A stretch of DNA of 64,000 nt from Flaccisagitta enflata (taxonomy: Eukaryota). Below are positions 53,406-64,000 of this stretch, in pieces. The stretch covers positions 23,188,001-23,252,000 of the forward strand of contig OZ231126.1 of assembly GCA_965153355.1 (NCBI GenBank), in the 5' to 3' direction. Below the pieces are notes generated by a model. That model saw only the letters and a list, made by a program, of their open reading frames with translations. It was not told where the DNA came from and searched no databases. The position numbers were made by a program, and so were the translations under genes. The stretch's first letter is position 1; every line of letters begins with the position of its first letter.

Positions 53406-53595
53406 AAATTTCCGCTCCACACCTGCAATGACTTACGGTATTAGGATCGCTTGGAATGATTGCGACAGTGCCCCCGCTTATTGGATCAGTGCCGATTCTC
53501 TCAACACGAAAGGCTTCAAACCGAAATTTTTTATAAAAAGCACATGCTGGGGTGTTCAAATAACGATTAGTTACATGGCGTGTGGTAGAATTTGA
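53406..53595 (+). CDS. Terminal coding exon: C-terminal part of H-type lectin-like domain, NFRSTPAMTYGIRIAWNDCDSAPAYWISADSLNTKGFKPKFFIKSTCWGVQITISYMACGRI*
   Basis: Acceptor tttgcccacag ends at 53405; TGA at 53593-53595. F-x-x-x-P-x-M-x-x-G, N-T-K-G-F and I-S-Y-M-A-C-G resemble H-type lectin motifs (recognised by eye, not by HMM). Confidence 0.82.
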
Positions 53596-53701
53596 TATTT
53601 CTATGAGAGAAAGTGCGAAACTTTTATGATAGGCGATTATCCGTTTATTTTCTGCGCTGACTTTTTCTGGAATATTTTAGTGGGTCTCTAGGTACTAAGA
53701 A

Positions 53702-53707
53702 AATAAA
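53702..53707 (+). promoter_or_regulatory. Probable polyadenylation signal of the lectin gene
   Basis: AATAAA about 107 bp downstream of the stop codon. Confidence 0.45.
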
Positions 53708-54858
53708 ATCGTTTTTCAAGTGTCCTTAAGTATTTTTTGGTCTCAATCCTCAGGTGTACTACTTATTGATCTAAGCAATTTAACTGAAAAAAGAAAAGAA
53801 CCGAAAAAGTCAGCTTTTGATTTACTTTTTTTTAGTAATTTCATACTCATGCTTTAAGAAAGTTCTCATGCTGTCAAAATAAGATTGAATACAATTTCTG
53901 AAGCGAAACCTGTCATCTTGTTCATCTGTTCCAGGAAATAATGAGCAAAATTGTCTAGCCTTTCTGGTCAAATATACTCTTTGTCCAACACCAATGACCG
54001 ACATGCTTAAAAAAAATAAAAAACAACAAAATCTCTACTTATGTTAGTGAGAGAAATGTTCAAGCTATTTGTGCAATGAATCAGTTCATCAAACCGTAAA
54101 TTCTGACTTCAAGAAGTGGGGGGGGGGGGGGGGTCAAAGGGGATGTAGTAGCGTTTCGGAAGACCCCGAGAAAACTTTGTCTTGGTTTTTAGTCCCATGC
54201 TACGCGACTCTACACCCCGTTTTATCCGCCCATCCGTTGGTGTATCTATCTGTCTGTCTGTCGGTCGGTCACATTTTAGATTTTTTACGTTTTTAGTCAC
54301 GGACTCTAGAACTTGCTGTGTCGATCGGTCAGTCGGTCGGTTGGCTAGTAGGGCTGTCAGTAGCCAAAACAAAATGTGAGCATTTCTTTCGCTATTCTGT
54401 CCGCGACTGGTTATTCTTTGACCTCCTTGCTCTTGTCCAACGGGTTTAGTGACCTCAAATATGGCCCCTGCCCACCTGCATGCGACTGGGGTAGCCATGT
54501 ATCTGGCCTCGTTAGTAACGAGTAGACTCCTTTTCCATCATTCCTTCAAGACCTTGCTTTATAACGCCGCACATGCAGCTGCGTCGTGGCGCGATGGTAA
54601 AAACGGCGCCGGCAGTGAGTCGCAACGACGCCGCGGCGTAAATGGCGCCGACTGACTGACGACGCCGACCGAGGACATTGACGCCGACTTTTATTGGCGC
54701 CAAACTACCGTAAATCCAAAGACGCGCGGCCAAATTGTTGCTCAGCCGGCGTCGAGTCCACTTCGACTTGGTGACAGGCAAAAAAGGGGTTTGAGGGTGG
54801 TTGGATGGATGGACAATATCTATTTGGATATATGATTACCCACTCACCATTTCAATAA

Positions 54859-54914
<56 letters not shown>

Positions 54915-55496
54915 ACTTCAAAACGAGAACGACTTATGACGCGGTTCTTTTGAGCGCGAGTTTTTAACTGCCACATGCAATAAAAAATCAACAAAAAACA
55001 ATGATAAAATTAATGATAGTTTTGGGTAATCAAGTGTTTAAGTAATACATTTTTAAAAAAATTAATGCAAAATCTTGTTTCATTTAGCTAATACAGCTAA
55101 AAATACTAAAAATTAGTATTTTTTAATAAAATAGATTTTCTATCATTTTTTTCCCTTTTATTTCTATTAGTAAGTACCTTTTAATGATAAATATGATTTG
55201 TTTAAAATATATTCAATATATTTTCAGAAAAAAATTTGTATTAATAGCTAAATTTAGACAAAATAACCCACAAAATAAAAAAAAAACAAAAACAAAATAC
55301 AAAAATAAGGTATGAAATAATTTTATTTTATCATCAAATGTAATGATTTCTTTTAATTTCTTAATTTGCCATTCATGAAAAATATTTTTTATATAAAAAA
55401 TTTAAAGATTTAAAGTAAATTGTATATGGCAATACAAATTCACTCTCCAAAAGGATTGTGTCCTATAGCCTTATTTCAAAACGGCGTTGCACTTAT

Positions 55497-55688
<192 letters not shown>

Positions 55689-55999
55689 GAAAGGTCGTCG
55701 GGTTGCCCTTTTTTAGTCGCGTGCTACGCGACTCTACACCCCGCTTTGTCGGTCCGTCCGTCGGTCCGTCGGTCCGTCCGTCGGTCCGTCCGTCACACTT
55801 TACTTTTTTTGGTTTTTGCGTTCTTTGGCCTCACTGCTCGCGCCCAAATGATGAAGTGACCTCAAATATGGCCCCTGCCCACCCGCACGCGACTGGGGAA
55901 GCCGAGTATCCAGCCTTGTTTCGCTGTCAGTCTATTTGCTTGTATGCTTTGCTATACATTTGGAGTTTTGGCTCATTTTCTTTTTGTTCACTCATTGAC

Positions 56000-56163
56000 T
56001 TTTTAGTCGCGGACACGCGACTCTACTCCTTGCCGTGTCGGTCGGTAGGTTGGTAAGTCCGTCCGTCGGTCCGTCCATCACATTTTTTGAATTCCGAGCG
56101 GTTTTCGCATTACTGCTCCTGCCCAACCGTCCGCGACTGGATTGCCGTGTATCCAGCCTTGTT
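56000..56163 (+). mobile_element. HINE-B (~165 bp); other copies at 22173-22297 (-), 37455-37566, 39065-39218 and 39666-39825 (-)
   Basis: ttttagtcgcggacacgcgactct...gtccgcgactggattgccgtgtatccagccttgtt. Confidence 0.9.
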
Positions 56164-56428
56164 TACAAATAAACCAGTGGTGACATTTGAATTTTGATTT
56201 GCTATCGATCTTTTACTTTTGAAAGGCATTTTGAAATCAAAAGCAAAAAAAAAAACGATAGGTTGCTATAGCGAGGACAGCTTAAACCACAAATCTACAC
56301 GCTCATGTTTTTTTATCAGTAGCAATGAGAAAAGGTTTCCATTGCATACGCGCATATTTAGTCGTGCTGCCCTCTTACATTTATCTCCCTCTTCAGTTCT
56401 CATACTTCCCCAATTTCTTCTCAATCAT

Positions 56429-57010
56429 TTTTAGGTGCGCCATAGCACCTCTATAACTAGCTCTGTCTGTTGGTTGGTCGGTTGGTCGGTCACGTCTTGC
56501 TCGAGTTGAAAATTTCGAAAAAGAGCAAAAATCACTCAAAATGATTTAGAAATATGCTAGGATGATTCCTAGATGCGCCATAGCACCTCTACAAGAGAAT
56601 CTGTCCGTCTGTCCATCCGTCGGTCACGTTCAAATGAAAAATCGCTGAAAATGTTAAGAATTTATTGAAAACTCATTTTGTTAATCATTGATGATATAAG
56701 TCATTTCATTCACTGAAGTAATCAGCTTCGGTGAGGTCTGATCAAGCTGGGGATAGGTCGGATAGGTCTGGTGATAGGTCGGACATGTCTGATAGAGCTC
56801 AGGATAGGTCTGATAGAGCTTGGGATAGGTCTGATAGAGCTCGGGATAGGGCTGATAGAGCTTGGAATAGGTCTGATAGAGCTAGGGATAGGTCTGATAG
56901 AGCTAGGGATAGGTCTGATAGAGCTAGGGATAGGTCTGATGGAGCTAGGGATAGGTCTAAGAATTAATAACGCCCGGCGCACCGTCTTGGCCCATATATC
57001 CGGCTTTGTT
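56429..57010 (+). mobile_element. HINE-D-type element with 21-bp array GATAGGTCTGATAGAGCTAGG (~56735-56960) and a duplicated 5' hairpin
   Basis: ttttaggtgcgccatagcacctct start, second copy at ~56571; 3' ggcgcacc...ggcccatatatccggctttgtt. Confidence 0.85.
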
Positions 57011-57068
57011 ACTGTCGTTCTCGCTATTTTTTTTCTTTCTTTCTTTCTGTCTTTCTGTCTTTCTCTTT

Positions 57069-57128
<60 letters not shown>

Positions 57129-57176
57129 TCCTACTTTCTTTCTGTCTTTCTTTCTTTCTTTCCTTCTTTCTTTCCT

Positions 57177-57212
<36 letters not shown>

Positions 57213-57434
57213 ACATTCTTTTTAGTTGCGGACACGCAACTCTATAAGAGCCTTTGTCCGTCCATCCGTCCGTCCATCCGTCCATCGGTCTGTCGGTCCG
57301 TTGGTGTGCACGAGTCGAAAAGTGCGAAAACATGCATTTCCGCCCCTGCCCACCCGTCCGCAACTGGTATGGCCGTGTATCCGGCCTTGTTCTTTCTTCC
57401 TTTCTTCCTTTTTGGGCAGTGGCCCCGAAGGGGA

Positions 57435-60400
57435 CGAAGTCCTGTAGAACACAGGGGACTTTCGTTCGTTCGTTTGTCCGTTCGTTTGTCCGTTCGTCCC
57501 CCCCTTACCACCAAGCCTCTGATCAGCCCTCTCAGACGTCAAATTAGCCCTCCCAGGCCTCAAATTAGCCCTCCCAGGCCTCAAATTAGCTCTCAGAAGC
57601 CTTAAAACAGCCCTTTCAGACCACAAAGTAGGCCTCTAAGGCTTCAATTAGACTATAAAGCTTCAAAATAACTTTCTCAGTCCTTAAATCTGCCCTCTCA
57701 GGCAATATGTATGCCCCAAAACTGCTTATTTATGCCTCAGAACCCCTGTGTTCTACAGGACTTTGTCCCCTTCGGGGCCCGCCCAACCTCAAATCAGTCC
57801 AATCATGCCTCATTTAGCCCTCTCTGGCCTCAATCAACCCTCCTGAACTTTGAATCAGCCGTCCCCCCCCTAACCACCAAGCCCTCTCAGGCCTCAAGTT
57901 AGCTCTCTCAGACATCAAATTAGCCCTCCCAGCCCTTAAATCAGCCCTTTCAGACCACAAAATAGGCCTCTAAGGCTTCAGTTAGACTGTAAAGCTTCAA
58001 AATAACTTTCTCAGTCCTTAAATTTGCCCTCTCAGGCATTATGTATCCCCAAAACTGCTTATTTATGCCTCAGAACCCCTGTGTTCTACGGGACTTAGTC
58101 CCTTTCGGGGCCTGCCCAACCTCAAATCAGTCCTCTCAGGCCTCATTTAGCCCTCTCTAGCCTTAATCAACCCTCTTTAACCTTAAATCAGCCCTCCCAG
58201 GCCTCAGATTTGGTCTCTCACATATCAAATCAGCCCTCCCAGGCCTCAAATCCACCCTCTATCGTCTCAAGCCTCAAATTAATCTTATATGACCTTGATA
58301 GGGCTAACAGCATTCTAAAGTCTCAAATCAGTCCTATCAAGGGCATCATATCTGTCCTATCAAGGGCATCATATCAGCCCTCATTAGCCTATATCAGGCA
58401 TTCTATTCGCTTCCAAAACTGCCCATTCATGCCTCTTATGTCTCATTTAGCCCTCTGAAGCCTCAATCAAGCCTCTTAAACTTCAAATCAACCCTCTTAG
58501 GCCTAGAGACCCCAAATCTTCCCTGTCAGACCCCTTATCAGCCCTCTCAGATCCATTATTAGCCCTCTCAGACCCAATATTAGCCCTCTCAGACACCAAG
58601 TCAGCCCTTTCAGAAACCATATTAACCATCAATGACCCCTTCAAAGCTTCAGACCCGCCCTCTCAACCCCAATTCAGCAATTATCTTTCTCAGCTTCTAG
58701 CCCTTTCAGACTCGATGTCAATCCTCTTGAATCCCAAATCAGCCCTCTCACATCCCACATCAACCATTATCATCCCCAAATAATAAATCATGGACCCTAA
58801 ATCAGCCCACACAGACCCTAATCAGCCTTATCAAACCCCATATCAGCCCCTCAAACCCTAAATTACCCAGTTTCAGACCCTAAATTAGCTCTCAAGACGC
58901 TGAATCATCCCTCTCAGACCCCGTATCAGCCCTCTCAGACCCCATGTCAGCCCTCTCAGATCCCATATCAACCATCTATGACCCCTTCAAGGCTTCAAAC
59001 CGGCCCTCTCAATCCCATATCAACATTTAGCTCTCTCAGGCTTCAAGCCCTTTCAGATCACATATTAGCCATAACAGACCCTAAATCAGCCCTCTCAGAT
59101 TCCATATAAACCATCAAACCCCTACAAACCAACCCTCTCAACCCAAATTATCATTTGGCCTCTCAGGTTTCAAGCCCTTTCAGACCATATATTACCCATC
59201 ACAGACCCTCTTAGATTCCATATCAACCTTCCAGATCCTGAATTCCAGCTTCTGAAATGAATCCCCCCATTCAGCCCAGATAATTTTTCAGAATCATCTA
59301 TCAACGTCACCCTATTATCCTGCCCAATCACACCCAAATCAGCCTTATCAGACCCATATCAGCCCTCAGACTTCTATATTGCAGCTTGAGACCGCCTAAC
59401 CTCGAATCAGTCCTCTCAGGCCTCATTTAGCCCTCTCTGGCCTCAATCAACCCTCCTAAACTTCAAATAAGCCCTCCCAGGCCTCAAATCAGGTCTCTCA
59501 GGCATCATATCAGCCCTCCCAGGCCTCAAACCAGTTCTCTATTGTCTCAAGCTTCAAATCAAGCTAGTATGGCCTCATATTAGCACTCACAAGCTCAAAA
59601 TCATTCCTCAAGGGCCTCAATACAGTACTAGGCCTCAAATAACTCCCCTAGGCCTCCCCTAAGGCCTCAACCCTTTCAAGCTTCTAAGGTCTCAAATCAG
59701 TCCTGCTCAAGGGCCTCATATCAGCCCTCATAAGTCTATATTAGGCATTGAATTTGCTTTCAAAATTGCTTATTCATGCCTCAAAACCTTGTGTTCATGG
59801 GACTTTGTCCCCTTTGGGGCCCGCCCAACCTCAAATCAGTCCTCTTAGGCCTCTTTTAGCCCTCTTAGGCCTCAATCAAGCCTCTTAAACATTAAACAAA
59901 CCCTCTTAGACCTCTATTTAGCCCTCTCAGACATCAAATCATCCCTCCTAGGCCTGAAGTCAGCCCTCAATTGCTTTAAGCTTCAAATCAATCCTATATA
60001 GCCTCAGATTACTCCTCACAAGGGCATCATATCAGCCCTCATAGGCCTAAATCAGTCCTATCTCAGCCATTACATTAGCCTACATAGGCCTAAAATCTAC
60101 CCTCTTCAAATTTCATGTCAGCTCAGCCAGCTTCCTCAGACCTTGAATCAGCCCTAATTGAGCCTTCAAAAAACCTTTTCATGTTTCAGAGCCCCTGTAA
60201 TCTACAAGAGTTTAATCTCTTTGGGACCTGCCCAACCTAAAATGAGCCCTCCAAGATTTGAAATTGAGCTTCTCAGGCCTCTTAGGCATGATTCAAGATT
60301 CACCGGGCCAATGAGAAATGTGTCTACATTTTCTGACATCAGTATTTCACTGATTCATTGACAGAAATCTATCCATGGGTTTTAAGTACTTTTTTCTCAG

Positions 60401-63400
60401 TTTATCCGCCAGTTATAAAAATCCCTATATGTAAGTGTAAACTCAGTGTGACAGGGTGTGGACATATTTCTTATAGTTGTCCAGGCGAAGCTTAAATCTT
60501 TCCCTTAGCAGCCTTCCCACAGTAAAATCAAGCTCTCTAGCACGCGTTAATAACATTATTCCTAACACAGCCACAACCTCATAATATCTCTCAATGCCGA
60601 AGTCCTGTAGAACACAGGGGACTTTCGTTCGTTCGTTTGTCCGTTCGTTTGTCCGTTCGTCCCCCCCTTACCACCAAGCCTCTGATCAGCCCTCTCAAGC
60701 CTCAAATTAGCTCTCTCAGACATCAAATTAGCCCTCCCAGGCCTCAAATTAGCTCTCAGAAGCCTTAAATCAGCCCTTTCAGACCACAAAGTAGGCCTCT
60801 AAGGCTTCAGTTAGACTATAAAGCTTCAAAATAACTTTCTCAGTCCTTAAATCTGCCCTCTCAGGCATTATGTATGCCCCAAAACTGCTTATTTATGCCT
60901 CAGAACCCCTGTGTTCTACAGGACTTTGTCCCCTTCGGGGCCCGCCCAACCTCAAAATCAGTCCAATCATGCCTCATTTAGCCCTCTCTGGCCTCAATCA
61001 ACCCTCCTGAACTTTGAATCAGCCGTCCCCCCCCTAAACAAGCCTCTGATCAGCCCTCTCAGGCCTCAAGTTAGCTCTCTCAGACATCAAATTAGCCCTC
61101 CCAGCCCTTAAATCAGCCCTTTCACAAATAGGCCTCTAAGGCTTCAGTTAGACTGTAAACTTCAAAACATCTGTTCTTTACTTCGTCCCTTTCGGGGCTT
61201 GTCAAACCTCAAAATCCTGCTTCATTTATGCCTCAGAACCCCTGTGTTCTACGGGACTTCGTCCCCTTCGGGGCCTGCCCAACCTCAAATCAGTCCTCTC
61301 AGGCCTCATTTAGCCCTCTCTAGCCTTAATCAACCCTCTTTAACCTTAAATCAGCCCTCCCAGGCCTCAGATTTGGTCTCTCATATATCAAATTAGCCCT
61401 CCCAGGCCTCAAATCAGCCCTCTATCATCTCAAGCCTCAAATCAATCTTATATGACCTTGATAAGGCTAACAGCATTCTAAAGTCTCAAATAAGTCCTAT
61501 CAAGGGCATCATATCTGTCCTATCAAGGGCATCATATCAGCCCTCATTAGCCTATATCAGGCATTCTATTCGCTTCCAAAACTGCCCATTCTATTCGCTT
61601 CCAAAACTGCCCTCTGAAGCCTCAATCAAGCCTCTTAAACTTCAAATCAACCCTCTAGAGACCCCAAATCTTCCCTGTCAGACCCCGTATCAGCCCTCTC
61701 AGATCCATTATTAGCCCTCTCAGACCCAATATTAGCCCTCTCAGACACCAAGTCAGCCCTTTCAGAAACCATATTAACCATCAATGACCCCTTCAAAGCT
61801 TCAGACCCGCCCTCTCAACCCCAAATCAGCAATTATCTTTCTCAGCTTCTAGCCCTTTCAGACTCGATGTCAATCCTCTTGAATCCCAAATCAGCCCTCT
61901 CACATCCCACATCAACCATTATCATCCCCAAATAATAAATCATGGACCCTAAATCAGCCCACACAGACCCTAATCAGCCTTATCAAACCCCATATCAGCC
62001 CCTCAAACCCTAAATTACCCAGTTTCAGACCCTAAATTAGCTCTCAAGACGCTGAATCATCCCTCTCAGACCCCGTATCAGCCCTCTCAGACCCCATGTC
62101 AGCCCTCTCAGATCCCATATCAACCATCTATGACCCCTTCAAGGCTTCAAACCGGCCCTCTCAATCCCATATCAACATTTAGCTCTCTCAGGCTTCAAGC
62201 CCTTTCAGATCACATATTAGCCATAACAGACCCTAAATCAGCCCTCTCAGATTCCATATAAACCATCAATGACCCCTACAAACCAACCCTCTCAACCCAA
62301 ATTATCATTTGGCTCTCTCAGGTTTCAAGCCCTTTCAGACCATATATTACCCATCACAGACCCTCTTAGATTCCATATCAACCTTCCAGATCCTGAATTA
62401 GCCAGCTTCAGAACCTGAATCCGCCCCTTCAGACTCCAAATAATTCCTCTCAGATCCCAAATCATCTATCAACGACACCCTATATCCGCCCAATCACACC
62501 CAAATCAGCCTTATCAGACCCATATCAGCCCTTTAGACGCTATATTAGCAGCTTGAGACCGCCTAACCTCGAATCAGTCCTCTCAGGCCTCATTTAGCCC
62601 TCTCTGGCCTCAATCAACCCTCCTAAACTTCAAATAAGCCCTCCCAGGCCTCAAATCAGGTCTCTCAGGCATCATATCAGCCCTCCCAGGCCTCAAACCA
62701 GTTCTCTATTGTCTCAAGCTTCAAATCAAGCTAGTATGGCCTCATATTAGCACTCACAAGCTCAAAATCATTCCTCAAGGGCCTCAATACAGTACTAGGC
62801 CTCAAATAACTCCCCTAAGGCCTCCCCTAAGGCCTCAACCCTTTCAAGCTTCTAAGGTCTCAAATCAGTCCTGTCAAGGGCCTCATATCAGCCCTCATAA
62901 GCCTATATTAGGCATTGAATTTGCTTTCAAAATTGCTTATTCATGCCTCAAAACCCTTGTGTTCTATGGGACTTTGTCCCCTTTGGGGCCCGCCCAACCT
63001 CAAATCAGTCCTCTTAGGCCTCTTTTAGCCCTCTTAGGCCTCAATCAAGCCTCTTAAACATTAAACAAACCCTCTTAGACCTCTATTTAGCCCTCTCAGA
63101 CATCAAATCATCCCTCCTAGGCCTGAAGTCAGCCCTCAATTGCTTTAAGCTTCAAATCAATCCTATATAGCCTCAGATTACTCCTCACAAGGGCATCATA
63201 TCAGCCCTCATAGGCCTATGTCAGTCCTATCTCAGCCATTACATTAGCCTACATAGGCCTAAAATCTACCCTCTTCAAATTTCATGTCAGCTCAGCCAAC
63301 TTCCTCAGGCCTTGAATCAGCCCTAATTGAGCCTTCAAAAAACCTTTTCATGTTTCAGAGCCCCTGTAATCTACAAGAGTTTAATCTCTTTGGGACCTGC

Positions 63401-63766
63401 CCAACCTAAAATGAGCCCTCCAAGATTTGAAATTGAGCTTCTCAGGCTTCTTAGGCATGATTCAAGATTCACCGGGCCAATGAGAAATGTGTCCACACTT
63501 TGTGACATCAGTATTTCACTGATTCATTGACAAAAATCTATCCATGGGTTTTAAGTACTTTTTTTTTCAGTTTATCCGCCAGTTATAAAAATCCCTATAT
63601 GTAAGTGTAAACTCAGTGTGACAGGGTGTGGACATATTTCTTATAGTTGTCCAGGCGAAACTAAAATCTTTCCCTTAGCAGCCTTCCCACAGTAAAATCA
63701 AGCTCTCTAGCACGCGTTAATAACATTATTCCTAACACAGCCACAACCTCATAATATCTCTCAATG
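57435..63766 (+). repeat. Tandem duplication of a ~3.17-kb unit (57435-60596 and 60598-63766), made mostly of degenerate 20-21-bp HINE-G core repeats plus ~300 bp of non-repetitive sequence
   Basis: cgaagtcctgtagaacacagg at 57435 and 60598; ataatatctctcaatg ends at 60596 and 63766. Confidence 0.95.
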
Positions 63767-64000
63767 AAGAAAAATAAGAATCACTGACTACTAACTAGTT
63801 ATTGATAGGAAACTCAATGTTAGACAACAACTCTTTAATCATAGAAAGAAAAGATTTGTTTCATGGCAACAAATTGAAAATCAGAAAAAAAAATTGAGAG
63901 ATATCATTCATCAAAGTAGTCTATAGCGTCCTTTCACCAATGTGTCTTTCTGTGAGTATTTTGTCTTTTCTTCAAGGCTTTTTTGCCAGCCACTGGTCTC

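Noticed and set aside
60158-60361. Duplicated small gene (ORFs 60158-60361 and 63327-63530)
   Set aside because: TTG start, begins in degenerate HINE-G repeat sequence, and is repeated only because of the tandem duplication.

Overview
Eukaryotic (animal-like, invertebrate-style) genomic DNA, dominated by microsatellites and deeply nested non-autonomous transposons. Almost all supplied ORFs are translations of simple or tandem repeats. The transposons are several families of Helentron/DINE-1-like (HINE) rolling-circle elements carrying internal 8-21 bp tandem arrays, and palindromic MITEs with 2-, 4-, 5-, 7- and 8-bp target-site duplications (TSDs). One spliced host gene can be rebuilt by hand on the + strand: exons 48839-49114, 52369-52453 and 53406-53595 join in frame through GT-AG introns. 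They encode a predicted trimeric coiled coil with Asn at heptad position d, followed by a divergent H-type lectin-like domain. Its introns are almost entirely transposon-derived, and a HINE sits inside one polypyrimidine tract. Other highlights are a ~12 kb multi-level nest (28113-40225) holding a 10.7 kb element with a 7-bp TSD and a possible orphan exon, a 2.1 kb foldback element, a telomere-repeat-bearing MITE, and a ~3.17 kb tandem duplication at the right end. No transposase, rRNA, tRNA or CRISPR array was recognised. All family assignments rest on visual inspection of termini and motifs, not on database searches.
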